From the NCBI RefSeq assembly GCF_036321535.1, contig NC_087437.1, positions 22,694,001 through 22,758,000 on the forward strand: 64,000 nucleotides of DNA, read 5' to 3'. The stretch's first letter is position 1. Each line of letters opens with the position of its first letter. Below are positions 1 to 12,352 of this stretch, one piece after another. Source of the DNA: Camelus dromedarius. Its lineage: Eukaryota. The translations under genes were made by a program, and so were the position numbers. The notes beneath the pieces were generated by a model. It worked only from the letters and a program-made list of their open reading frames with translations, was not told the DNA's origin and made no database searches.

Positions 1-2321
1 TGCAGAAAAAGCATTTGATAAAATTCAACACCCATTTATGATAAAAACTCTCGCCAAAGTGGGTATAGAGGGAACATATCTCAACATAATAAAAGCTATA
101 TATGACAAACCTACAGCCAGCATAGTACTCAACGGTGAAAAACTCAAAAGCTTCCCACTAAAATCTGGGACAAGACAAGGATGCCCACTATCACCACTCC
201 TATTCAACATAGTCCTGGAAGTCCTAGCCACAGCAGTCAGGCAAGAGAAAGAAATAAAAGGGATCCAAATTGGAAAAGAAGAGGTAAAAGTGTCATTATA
301 TGCTGATGACATGTTACTATATATAGAAAACCCTAAAAGGTCCACACAAAAGCTACTAGAGCTGATTGAAGAATTCAGCAAGGTAGCAGGTTACAAAATT
401 AACGTTCAAAAATCAGTTGCATTTCTTTACACTAACGATAAATCAACAGAAGAAGAAAGTAAAGAAACAATCCCCTTTAAAATAGCACCCAAAGTAATAA
501 AATATCTGGGAATAAATCTAACCAAGGAGGTGAAAGAATTATACACAGAAAACTATAAACCATTGATGAAGGAAATTAAAGAAGACTTTAAAAAATGGAA
601 AGATATTCCATGCTCTTGGATTGGAAGAATCAATATTGTCAAAATGGTCACACTGCCCAAGGCAATCTACAGATTTAATGCAATCCCTATCCAATTACCC
701 AGGACATATTTCACAGAACTAGAACAAATCATAATAAAATTCATATGGAACCATCAAAGACCTAGAATTGCCAAAGCATTACTGAAAAGAAAGAAAGAGG
801 CTGGAGGAATAACTCTCCCAGACTTCAGACAATACTATAGAGCTACAGTCATCAAGACAGCATGGTATTGGTACCAAAACAGACATATAGACCAATGGAA
901 CAGAATAGAGAGCCCAGAAATGAACCCACAAACTTTTGGTCAACTCATCTTCGACAAAGGAGGCAAGAATATACAATGGAATAAAGACAGTCTCTTCAGC
1001 AAATGGGGTTGGGAAAACTGGACAGCAGCATGTAAAACAATGAAGCTAGAACACTCCCTTACACCATATACAAAAATCAACTCAAAATGGATTAAAGACT
1101 TAAACATAAGACAAAATACAATAAACCTCCTAGAGGAAAACATAGGCAAAACATTATCTGACATACATCTCAAAAATTTTCTCCTAGAAGAAATAAAAGC
1201 AAGAATAAACAAAGGGGACCTAATGAAACTTACAAGCTTCTGCACAGCAAAGGAAACCAGAAGTAAAACAAGAAGAAAACCTACAGAATGGGAGAAAATT
1301 TTTGCAAGTGAAACCGACAAAGGCTTGATCTCCAGAATATATAAGCAGCTCATACGACTCAATAAGAAAAAAATAAACAACCCAGTCCAAAAATGGGCAG
1401 AAGACCTAAACAAGCAATTCTCCAAGGAAGACATACAAATGATCAAAAAGCACATGAAAAAAAAATGCTCAATATCACTAATTATCAGAGAAATGCAAAT
1501 CAAAACTACAATGAGGTATCACCTCACACCAGTCAGAATGGCCGTCATTCAAAAATCCACAAATGACAAATGCTGGAGAGGCTGTGGAGAAAGGGGAACC
1601 CTCCTACACTGCTGGTGGGAATGCAGTTTGGTGCAGCCACTATGGAAAACAGTGTGGAGATTCCTCAAAAGACTAGGAATAGACTTACCATATGACCCAG
1701 GAATCCCACTCCTGCGCTTGTATCCAGAAGGAAATCTACTTCAGGATGACACCTGCACCCCAATGTTCATAGCAGCACTATTTACAATAGCCAAAACATG
1801 GAAACAGCCTAAATGTCCATCAACAGGTGACTGGATAAAGAAGTAGTGGTATATTTATACAATGGAATACTACTCAGCCATAAAAACCGACAACATAATG
1901 CCATTTGCAGCAACATGGATGCTCCTGGAGAATGTCATTCTAAGTGAAGTAAGCCAGAAAGAGAAAGAAAAATACCATATGAAATCGCTCATATGTGGAA
2001 TCTAAAAAACAAAAACAAAAACAAACAAAAACAAAGCGTAAATAAAGGACAGAAATAGACTCACAGACAGAGAATACAGACTTGTGGTTACCAGGGGGGT
2101 GGAGGGTGGGAAGGGATAGACTGGGATTTCAAAATTGTAGAATAGACTACACTGTATAGCACAGGGAAATATACACAAAATGTTATGATAACTCACAGAG
2201 AAAAAAATGTGACAATGAGTGTGTATATGTCCATGAATAACTGAAAAATTGTGCTAAACACTGGAATTTGACACAACATTGTAAAATGATTATAAATCAA
2301 TAAAAAATGTTAAAAAAAAAA
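1..2321 (+). mobile_element. Young LINE-1, 3' part (ORF2 RT and C-terminal domain, 3' UTR, poly-A); 5' end outside window; antisense to SLC9A9
   Basis: The ORF translates to L1 ORF2p motifs ([40 protein letters not shown] knuckle). G-rich 3' UTR tract ~2093-2115, AATAAA 2299-2304, A-tail 2312-2321. Confidence 0.97.
2..2005 (+). pseudogene. L1 ORF2p C-terminal portion with a premature TAG at 1844-1846; natural stop TAA at 2003-2005
   Basis: YADD at 299-310. After the TAG the same frame continues WYIYTMEYYSAIKTDNIMPFAATWMLLENVILSEVSQKEKEKYHMKSLICGI*, which is the canonical ORF2p C-terminus. Confidence 0.92.
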
Positions 2322-3224
2322 TCCAGTCTGAATGGGCAGGGCAAGGGAAAGGGACTATTGCTCAGAAAAGGCCATTTTTCTCCTAGTTATTAATTCTCAT
2401 CAAAAGTTTGATGGAGAAAGTTGCTGACAAGGTATATAACAGGTGATGTGAGTGTTCCCAGGTAGATTAAAGAGACATCATAAATCCTGGGGCTCCCATC
2501 TATGTCTCAGAATAAAGACAGATTATTTCTGTACAACTAACTGAAGAAATTTCAATGATAGCATGTCATTTTCCAAATAAACCACTTCTGATCCTTTTTT
2601 CCTTTGAAAAGTAAAACCGCATGTCATGCAAGTTACATTTCCACAAGCAGTGCTAACTGCTGCCCTCATAGTAACTTCTGGAAAAGATTTGGGTGCATTG
2701 TCACCATCTCTTGTGGCTACCCCAGTGATCTGGAAAGGCTAAAAACGCCTTTGCTGAATTTTCCACCTTCTCTTCCTTCTGTCTGGCATTTTGTTTCTGG
2801 CACCTGAGTCCATCACCAATGATCCCTGAGAGATCACTGAACCAAGCGGGATCCCTGTTTTCTAACTCCTTGAGTTCAGACCCTATGAGTCTGTCATATT
2901 ATACATATGCTGCTGGAAAGATGGGAGACATTTGAAGTTCAGTAGGGATCTCATCAGAATTATGCTACTCAGTACGCTAGCTGTTTATTCATGACTAACA
3001 TATCAATTTGGTAAATAAATACTTATTAAATTGAATTAAGTAGCATTAAATTTATATAATAATTGCCTTTTACTCCAAAACCAAAAAGCATCAGTTGTCA
3101 GTTGGTATAAAGACCGCTGTCTATGAAAGATACAAGTCTGCAATTGCTAATATAAATCACTGATGTAAGTCTGTGCTTCATAGTCACCCTGGCCTCTGTG
3201 CAACCAATTTCAATATTACTTTCC

Positions 3225-3680
3225 TGTCAGATTTTGGTGGGAATGATTGCATTAAAGACCCCACTCTTTCCATCACTCTTCCGTCTGTTTGCCATGCCAC
3301 TTTGCAGTGCCCTCTAACTCTGCCTATGGCCTCAACCCTGTGGCTTGTTTGGCCACAGGATATTAGCAGACTTGGCTCAGGCAGAGACATGACAAGGTAC
3401 TTGCACAATTCTGCCTCCTCTCTCACAGCGGTTCCATCACCATGAAAACATGTCCAAGCAAGCTTGCTAAAAGATGATGAGAGGTAAGTGGCCCAATCAC
3501 TATCGTCACCCTAGCTGAATATCAGATATGTGAGTGAGACCAACTGACACAAGAAGAACCAGCCAATAGAGCAAAGGCTAAATCGCTGACCTACAGATTC
3601 CTGAGCTACTATCACCTTAAGCCACTGAGACTTGTGGTGGTTTGTTGTGCAATATTACTGAAGCAATAGATAACTGATAG
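3225..3680 (+). mobile_element. MaLR solo LTR (MLT1F/G/H-like)
   Basis: The 3' end ttaagccactgaga...gtggtttgtt...gcaatagataactgata is typical of MLT1 LTRs. Confidence 0.7.
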
Positions 3681-5184
3681 AGAGGATGCTCACTAGTTTG
3701 GGGATGGCTTAGGGGTTAACGAGAGGAAGTTCTTATTGGAAAATAGTAATCTGAGAGCAATGAAGAACTGTAGTTTGGGATTTTGAAAAATGACAGCTAG
3801 AGGGAACAAAAGTGAGAAAGTTCTTCATGCTGAAGATAAGCTGACACTTAAGAAAGTTGAAAAGGAGAGAGAGAGAGAGAAGCAGTAGAATAAAAAATAA
3901 AATATAATTAAAAAGCAATACGACTATGATCTGAGTGTATCTGAACTGAAGACTACCTCATGAGAATTATGCTAATAATATGGTTAGGTTGTTTAAAGCA
4001 TATGTCTCATTCAGAAAGTGTGCCCCTTAATTGAATTTCTAGATGTCTCTGCAGGGGAAACAGTGAAAGAACTGGTGTTTGACTAGATAACATGGCCAAA
4101 CTTCAAGCACGTTATTCATGCTGGGGTATCTTCAGACAGGACTGAGCAACAAGACCTTTGAAGATGTGGCTGATCCCCCACCTACATGCAATTTTCCATT
4201 TTATTTACTCCCTCCCTATCATATACACACATGAGACGGTACTGCCCTTCAGATGATTTGTTTACTGAAACAGAAAGATAGTGTGCGTATGTGTCACACA
4301 TGCACAAGAAAGTGGAAAAAATAAATTGACTTCAAGGGCTACCTTAACTGACTATTGTGGTTTGGTGGAAGAAGGATAGTTTAATGGGCAAAAGTCTCAT
4401 TAACCTCAACTAGACAGCTCCCTGTGACCAGGGACTCCTCTCACTCTTAAATACCTAGAGCATCCAAGTCCACTGGAATAAAGATTGTAGACCCTCAACA
4501 AATGTGTTCTATTGTTTCTACTCTTTTGTAGTAAGGGACTTTTAGTGCAGCCTTGTTTTTATAGAGGTGAAAAGGTTTAGAATTTTCTCAACAGTAAGTA
4601 TGAATCTTCCTCTACCCTTTACAGCATGATTTTTTAAAAAATTCACTGAATGTTTAAAAATAACAGTCTATTTCCTTAATGAAATGGTCATTTAGAGGTC
4701 TGGTTTCCCAATCATCTTCATCACTTCATGCATTTCTGTGACACCTCTCTATCTTATAACTAAATGATTATAAAGGGGACCCTTAATGATTTAGAATTAA
4801 CTATACAGACAGTAATTACATCTTTCTAGCCTCTCACTCCCTCAGAATTTTCTAATGATCAAAATATATCCTCTTGAAGAGAGCTGGTATAAAATCTCAT
4901 CTTTGCTCTGTTTGTAGCAAAGTTTGTACAAGGCAATTAAAGGCAGATAGATGACAGCTATAGAGATAGTCTCCATAACCACTGTGCTCCCTGCTTCCAG
5001 CCGGACCTTTCCCTTTCTTACCATTTTCTTTCCCCTCTTATTCTTCACATTACCCCTTCTTTTTGCTTTCATACAACGTTCACTAATTAACTGCTACACA
5101 CTAAAGTTATACACCGGAAGGGCTCCTCTCTCTCAATGATTCTCAGTCAGGAGGAAAAACCAGCAAAGCATTTCTACCTATAAG

Positions 5185-5350
5185 TAATAATAATGGCTGT
5201 AATAAAAAGCAATCAGAACACCACTGACGGAGGGGGCAAAATGTGTCTGGCATCATTCTAAGAACTGCATATATATTAATTCATATATATTAACTCATTT
5301 AATCTTCACAATAAACTTGCCTTTTATTTTGTCCCCAAGTTACAGATTTG
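5185..5350 (-). mobile_element. MIR SINE fragment
   Basis: Reverse MIR core: ttctaag...tattaactcatttaatcttcacaataa...ttacagat. Confidence 0.65.
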
Positions 5351-5899
5351 AAAAAGGTTGTTCTATTTTTTTTTAAGAGAATGAAATATTGTTCTCTTGG
5401 AATCAGATGCACCACATTGCTCTGAGCATGTAACTCTAGTAATAGAATACTACTTAACAAGGTATTGGAACTGGATGGAATGTATCTCATCTAACTAAAC
5501 ACAGGAGGAGCTGGCTTAAGATACCAAAGGGCTGTTTCAGGTAAAAGAACTCTTACTCATGCATACTAGAAGACACAGATTCTTTATAGTAAGGCTACTG
5601 AGATATGCAGTGCTTTGCTTATAATAGATGCCTTAAAAGTAATTGCTGAATAAATGGCATGGCAAATTAATGGTCTATAAATATGTCTTCACTCAGTAAA
5701 ATGTGGGAAATGGGATTCCACGGTAAGGTTTCTAATTCCAAAGTACTAACGCTATTTTATTTAAAACAAAATTATATATCTTTATGCAACATTTAGTACA
5801 AATGTTTATATTTTGCTTTGAGAAAATGTTTCATATTGAAATATAAATAGTTAAAAATAATAAGGTTTTGAGTCTGTTATAAAAGGTTAAGAATGGATT

Positions 5900-6105
5900 A
5901 GTGGTTATGAGTTCAGCTATTCACTCAGGTTCCTTTATTTACTGTCTGTGTGACTTTGGCCAAGTTATTAAACTTTTTTAAGCCTAGATTTCCTCATCTA
6001 CAGAGTGGGAAGAAACAACATGATAATAGTTATTCAGATTCAAGGAGAAAAGATAAGTAAAATACTTAGCAACTGGCACATAGTAGATAGTAACTACTGT
6101 TACTG
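5900..6105 (+). mobile_element. MIR SINE
   Basis: MIR core tgtgtgactttggccaagttattaaac...tttcctcatct and tail tggcacatagtag. Confidence 0.75.
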
Positions 6106-6989
6106 CCGGTTATTAAAGAAGAAGCAAGGAGCTGTCAAAGTAAACAAAAATAAAATTATATTTTATAATCTTAAAAATATAGGAGTGGTTTCTTCAGCTC
6201 TTACTACAACCTGAACTTGCTTTGGGCCCTGCTCTGCATCATGCTGTTTCTATGCCCAGAAACCAAAACTTCTCTTTATTCCCCTCAGAGAATCTATACA
6301 ACCCTTACTCATGTTAACATTAGTGAAAACAAGCCCGTATTGAGTTCAGTTGCTGATACCAGCCTAGTCTATTTAATGTTTCATTCTTCAGTCCCTAAGG
6401 TAGTCTTCTGAAACAAAAGCAAAATCGGGAGAAAACACTAGGAAACATGAGAACTGTTTCTTTTCCACACTACCACAAATGCTCTCTTTTGCTATTTTCT
6501 AAGAATAGCCTTGTGGCCCCCAGATCTCCAGGAAGCCATGCTAACTTGTAATTCCATGTGCACTAATGAATAAAAAGTACATATAAACATACAAAAATAT
6601 AAAAATATAGCAGCAAGTTAGGCCATTACTGATCTGAAAAAGTAATACTCTAGGAAAAGGTCAAGAAAACACAGCAATCTATTAGGTAAATAAGAGCATG
6701 TGCTCTGGCTACAATCAAAAACTTTTTCCCCTCAAATGTGACACAAGGATGGATGATGTTTATAAGCAGAATACACACCTTTGAGTACACAGATAAGATA
6801 TGCCAAGAGGTGTGTGGAATTCCTAGGTAACTAGTTGCCACTGTGATCTCTTTTTCTCCAGTTTAAGAGAAGCTGGATCTGTATGCAAGTAAGTGTTTAC
6901 AGGTAGCTTGAAATTAATTCTCACTATATCAAGAATATAAATCATTATCTCTCATTGATACTTCATTCATAATCAATTATTTGCAACAT

Positions 6990-7940
6990 ATATTTCTTAA
7001 ATAAGAGGACTCAACCACATAAATATACAAATTTTTCAAAAGTTAATTTATAAATTTAATAAAATCCCTGTTAAAAAAAACTAGTTACATATGATTCTGG
7101 TACAAGATTAAATAGGTGATTCATGAGTTAATATTGAAAATAAACAAAAAAGAATAGTCAGAAAAATTCTGGGGATGAAAGGAAGAGACACTAGCCCTAT
7201 CATATATTAAAACATATTTTACAGCCATGATAATTAAGATAGTGGTGTACTGGCATTTAAAAAGAAAGATAATCAATATAACAGGGTATATTGTTCAGGG
7301 GAAAACCCAAATAAATGTGTATATTGGTATATGACAAAAATAGTATTTAAGATAAGTGGACAAAAATTTAGATTGTTCAACAAACACTACAGGAATAAAT
7401 GGGTAACCACCTTGTGTGTGGGATTGGAGGGGGGAATAAAGTTAGAGCCTTACGTCATTATCTTTTATACCAGGAACTGAAGATAGACCATATAATTGAT
7501 GCAAACACAAACACACATGAAAGCACTTGAAGACAACAAGGAAAAAAAGTTTAAATAAAATTTAGACTGGGAAAAGCTTTGTGAGAATGACCTAAATGCC
7601 ACAAAATAAAGAATCGATAACATCAATTCTATGAAAAAAAAATACTCTTGGAAAAAAAAAAACTCCTATCATAAACAAATGACAAACTGGGAAAAATAGT
7701 TGCAACTCATATCACTATAGACCACTCTTATTGATGTTTTAGGGTTCCTACAACTCAATAAGAAAAAGGCAAAATAGACAAAAGTATGAAGATCATTCAG
7801 TGAAAGGAATTATAAATGGCTCTTAAACAAATGTAAAGATGTTCAGCCTTATGCACGAGAGAAGTCTAAATGAAAATTACAAGTTGTTATTTTTCACCTA
7901 TCAAAATGGCAAAGATCAGATCAAAATGTTTGTAGATGGG
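6990..7940 (+). mobile_element. Old degenerate L1 ORF2 3' fragment (L1M/L1ME-type)
   Basis: A-rich remnants alignable by eye with ORF2 (ttaatttataaatttaat, acaaactgggaaaaatagttgcaac, caactcaataagaaaaagg); no open frame. Confidence 0.65.
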
Positions 7941-7991
7941 AAAATGCCTCCCTGTTATGTTCTAATTGGAGCCTTGATTTCAAATACACAT

Positions 7992-8400
7992 TGTATAATA
8001 TTCCAGCTTGGGCTGCTATAACAAAATACCATACACTGGGTGGCTTAAACAATAGGCATTTATTTCTCTTAGTTCTGGAGGCTGGAAGTCCAAAATCAAG
8101 TTGTCAGCAGATTCTGGTCATGATGACAGCCCTGTTCCTGACTTGCAGATAGTTGCTTTCTCGCTATGTCTTCACACTGGCGGAGAGAGTGAGACAGAGA
8201 GAGAGAGCACGGGGGCGCACATTCTGCTTCCTCTTCCTCTTCTTATAAGGACACTAATCCCTTCATGGGATGGCACCTTTATGACCGCATCTAAATTTAA
8301 TTACCTCCTAAAGGCCCCATCTCCAAATATCACTTTGAAGGGTTAGGGCTTCAACATATTAATTTTGGGAGTGGGGCACAAGTACTCAGTCCACACAACA
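7992..8400 (-). mobile_element. MaLR solo LTR (MLT1A/MLT1B-like)
   Basis: gggctgctataacaaaataccata...ggtggcttaaacaa...ttctggaggctggaagtccaa...tcttataaggacactaatccc...ggttagggcttcaacatat. Confidence 0.85.
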
Positions 8401-8949
8401 CAATGATGCAAAGAAGCAAGGGGATCTCATAACAGACCTGGATTGTAATGGCTGATGAGAGCATCTGTAGAGAACAGGGAAAGGAGTTCTCCACATGGAA
8501 TCTGAACGCCAACCATGTTAAGGTGGAGTTGTTCTTTGTGGTATTTATTTTCTTTTCATGACATGCTAGATGGGATTCTGACTCAACTGCATGTAGTGCT
8601 TGGTGTGTATCAAAGAAAGAAAGTGACAGAGTGACTATATTGAATGAAGCCTGCCTTTTTCAAATTAATACTATCCTTATTAGTCATACACACATACATG
8701 TAGACAGATACCCTGAACTTGGAGAGAGTCAGTGCCTTGGGGAAAGGCTGAGATGTCACATTTGAGGATAAAGAGACTGAAAGGGAATCTATCCTCAACA
8801 TCGAACATTTCAGGCTAACTTGTAATTGAAACCCCAGGAAACTCCTTAATTATAAATAGAAATTTTATTGACATGCGGGTGGACTCAGTTAATAAGACAT
8901 TATGATTTACTTTCTACCCTTGTTGCCATTCCTTGCCATATTTTTGGCT

Positions 8950-9630
8950 GTGAAAGTAGCAGAAACCACTCAGATTCTTTTCTTCCTCTTGTCATCACTT
9001 GGAGGCAGCCAGTAGAGGACTTCAGCTCCTCTTCTCACTCACCAGGGGGTGGAGAAGTGACCACATCCCATTCCTAAAATGACACAGAGGAAGCAGCAGC
9101 CTCCTTTCCAGACTACCCTCCAGTCTGAGAAGCAGAAATGGAAGAGGAAGTACTCAAGAACAGCCAGATGGTCTGCTGAGCCTCACGTTCAGGCAGATGG
9201 GTCCCAGGCAGCCTCAGAGGATCCCCAGGGTGTGTGTGTCTGCATGTTGAGGGGTGGGGGCAGCGGAACGTTTCTCATGGGTCCCAGAGTGGCACACACA
9301 CGGCTGCTGGCAGCCCCGGTGAGACTTTGCTGCCAGGACAAATAAGGGTATACAAGTGAAATGTGTAGACCAATGTCTGAAGTCCAGGCTATGGTGTCTC
9401 CGTGAATGCCAGCATGCCCAGAAAACATCCAGGAGGCCCCCACCCTGGATACCCTGGTGCTACAAGGTCTCCTAGCACTGGACATGATCTCAGGGAGAAA
9501 GATTTAGTTTTGGCCACCCAGACAGAATATTAAAGCCTCAAAACAGAAAATAATTTTAGTTATAGAAAAAGAGTAAAGAAAAATTTATTTCTGGTACACT
9601 CAAGCTTGTGGATTAAAGGACAGCCAGTCA
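8950..9630 (+). mobile_element. Possible ancient LTR (LTR78/LTR33-like)
   Basis: GC-richer block ending agaaaaagagtaaagaaaatttatttctggtacactcaagcttgtggat, which resembles the 3' end of ancient ERV LTRs. Confidence 0.4.
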
Positions 9631-10274
9631 GTATAATCAAACACTGATATTTGAGAAGGAAGGTTCTAGTTAGAAGGGACTCAAATTCGAGGTTGAGTCA
9701 TGTGTAAGTTTAACCTATAAGCCCAGGGACTCTGTGGTTTTTCCAAGTATTCTCTGCCTAGTTGTTACCTGAAGTGAAAGCAGGTTCTGGAAGGAACTAT
9801 AGCATTTAAACTCTATTAGTTAAATACTTTCAAAAGGACTTTTCACCTCAAAAGAAGAGTTGTGACCACTATTGTGAAGTGCCGGTTAGCAAGCTGATGG
9901 TTATTCCAAAGTCAAGTTTGTGGAAAACTGTCAGATCAGAGCTCTGACTGGAAACATTTACAGGGATACCACTGCCCCCAAGAGGTCCAGCCCAACTGAT
10001 TCCAATTTCAGAAGTGTGGAATCAGTTCTGTATTTCCATCTGTAAATTTCAGAGAAAAATGGAAATGGAGTTGATCTTAACTATGTTAAAGGATAATTGT
10101 TACAGGATAATACTTGAAAATTATCATTGTCGGAGACCATGGTGGGTTTTGATGTTTGTTCTGTTCAACTTCTTTTTTTAATTTTAAGTGTATGTATTGA
10201 TCAAATCACTAATTACATTAAATCAAGCATTTTTTTTGCTAGAGATTGTGTATTGATTTTCACTGTAACTATTG

Positions 10275-10676
10275 TATATGTGCTACCAAAAGTTTAAAAA
10301 CTAGCTCTTTGGGGAGAAAAGCCCTGATTTATATATAGCATTTGCCGATTTCCATAGTACAAATACACAATGGCCAGTTTCAAGCTACCAGTGTGAAGTC
10401 TCTGAAGTAGAGTTGGGAAGAAATGCACAATTGCTAGCACATTCTTACACTGTATTTCCACCATACAGATGCAATTGTAAATAATATCAAGAGCAAAAAA
10501 TTAGGAAGTGATAGGTTCTTAGTATTTATTAACTTTGTTATAATATAATTTATATACTTGTACCTTCATATAATTTAATTTTTAATAATGGTTGTGTTTG
10601 ACAGCAGGCTTATGAAAGTCCTGAAACACTGACTGTCAGCTCTGAGTCAGTACAAGCCACTTCAGTGCACCTCTGA
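10275..10676 (+). mobile_element. MER63-family hAT-Blackjack DNA transposon relic
   Basis: aaaagccctgattt...agcatttgccgatttcc...atggccagtttcaagctacca, with a TIR-like end cagtgcacctctg. Confidence 0.75.
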
Positions 10677-11149
10677 CCGTCGCCACATGTCCCTAGCGTG
10701 GTGATTGCCACCCAGTAGGCATTTTACATACGTTTGGTGAATCAATTGGTTCATCTATTAATGAGTAACTATCAGAGCCTGAAAGTCTTCCAAATGCAAA
10801 AACAATAAAAGATTCAGGTTTGTTTAAAATCAAATAAAGGGTGGGTGGAGTGACCCTTAGATATAAGATAAAAAAGTCATATAAAGAAAAAATTCTGTTA
10901 CATTGGCCTCAATAAATAAAAAATCAACTAGTAAACTTCTACGTTCACTACTGTGTAGCAATCACGTACATTCATCACCTGGGTTTTAAACTCAGCAAGG
11001 CGTATTAACCAGCTGTTGGCCAGTCACTTAGCCCTTCTGGGAAAGGCTCTTTCACTAGTTGGGGCTTTCACTGGTACTAGCGATGCCTGTCCTCTTTAAA
11101 GTTGAGCCGAGGGTTTAAAGGTGTTTGATTTATTATTATGCTTCATAAC

Positions 11150-11430
11150 TTCCTGTAGGCATGGCATATTGGTTAGGAGCACAGGTTAAAGTCAGCTGGC
11201 CTAGGTTCCAACCTCAGCTCTTCACACTAAATGTCTATGTGACATCTGTCATGGTACCTGCTCCCACTGAGCTGAGGTCTCCTCATTGGCAAATTGAGGA
11301 CAACAGCGCCATCCGCTCCATGGGGTGTGTGTGAGGACTGCATGGGTTGAGATACAGGAAAGGCTTAAAACAAAATACCTACATAAAAGGTGGCCTATAA
11401 AGTTAGCTATTATATTATTATTATTATGTG
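11150..11430 (+). mobile_element. MIR SINE, near full length
   Basis: ggcatatggcatattggttaggagcacagg...ctaggttccaacctcagctcttcac...tcctcattggcaaattgagg, then an (ATT)n tail. Confidence 0.75.
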
Positions 11431-12338
11431 CATCATGTATCATATTATAAAGAAAAAAAAAAAGACAATTTTTTAAAAACCAAAAGTTGAACTACATATT
11501 GTTGCAATATTTTTTAATTCTAAAAATGTTCATATTCTATACATATTTGCCCACTCTGGACCTTTCAAATTGACCTGGCATATGTGGGCAAGCCCACCCC
11601 AATGCTGTGTGAAAAAGCCCCACTGTGTTCTCCCCACCCCAGGACCCTGCCAGCCTCTTCTCACCTGCCTCTGGTTCATTTTCTCCTCAGCTTTTGCAGC
11701 TTCACAAACCTCATGGCAGTTCTCTGTCATGGACTTTTGCCCCACCTGGCCCAGGACAGGTGACCTGGAGTTGGATTTCCCAATCCCACTGCTAACTTGT
11801 GTGAAGGACCCCAGGCCTCAGGCCTCTGGTCTCACTAGCCAGAGAGACCAGCATCTGCTGGGACCTACCCCTTCCCTGCTGATCTTGTCACTCCTTGGTC
11901 TTTCTCCAAAAGGGGACAGGAAGCAAATAACATTTAAAGCTTGTATTTGCAAGAATGAATAAACTGGAGATGTGGTTTTAGCACTCGGAAGACCTTAAGG
12001 TAACAGGGAAATTATTGGACTAAATTCAGAGTTAATGAGGTTAAATGAAATGATGCTTATATAGTGTCTGGCACTTAAGTGGTATTCAATAATTAATACG
12101 TTCCCCGGGACAGGAGAACTGAATAATAAATAGTTCACTTCTCTTAAGCCAGACTAAATTATTTATCATCTCCAGGTAAAACTGGGAGGTTGGATTAGTT
12201 GATACCTAAGGCAACTCTGCCTCAAAAAGTCATCATGTATTTTCCCTTAGGCTAAAATTTGATTATACATAAAGCCCAGAAATAACAAACCTTGTTGAGT
12301 CAGTTCAAAACTGTTAAAATTGTGGTTTATAAATTTTC

Positions 12339-12352
12339 CCACCAGAGGGCAC
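12339..12352 (+). promoter_or_regulatory. Candidate CTCF core motif CCACCAGAGGGCAC
   Basis: Exact match to the CCASYAGRKGGCRS core in apparently non-repetitive intron 4 sequence. Confidence 0.45.

Noticed and set aside
25..2196. Minus-strand ORFs 25-381, 779-976, 940-1503 and 2002-2196
   Set aside because: These are antisense shadows of the L1 sequence, a common artefact of its codon bias.
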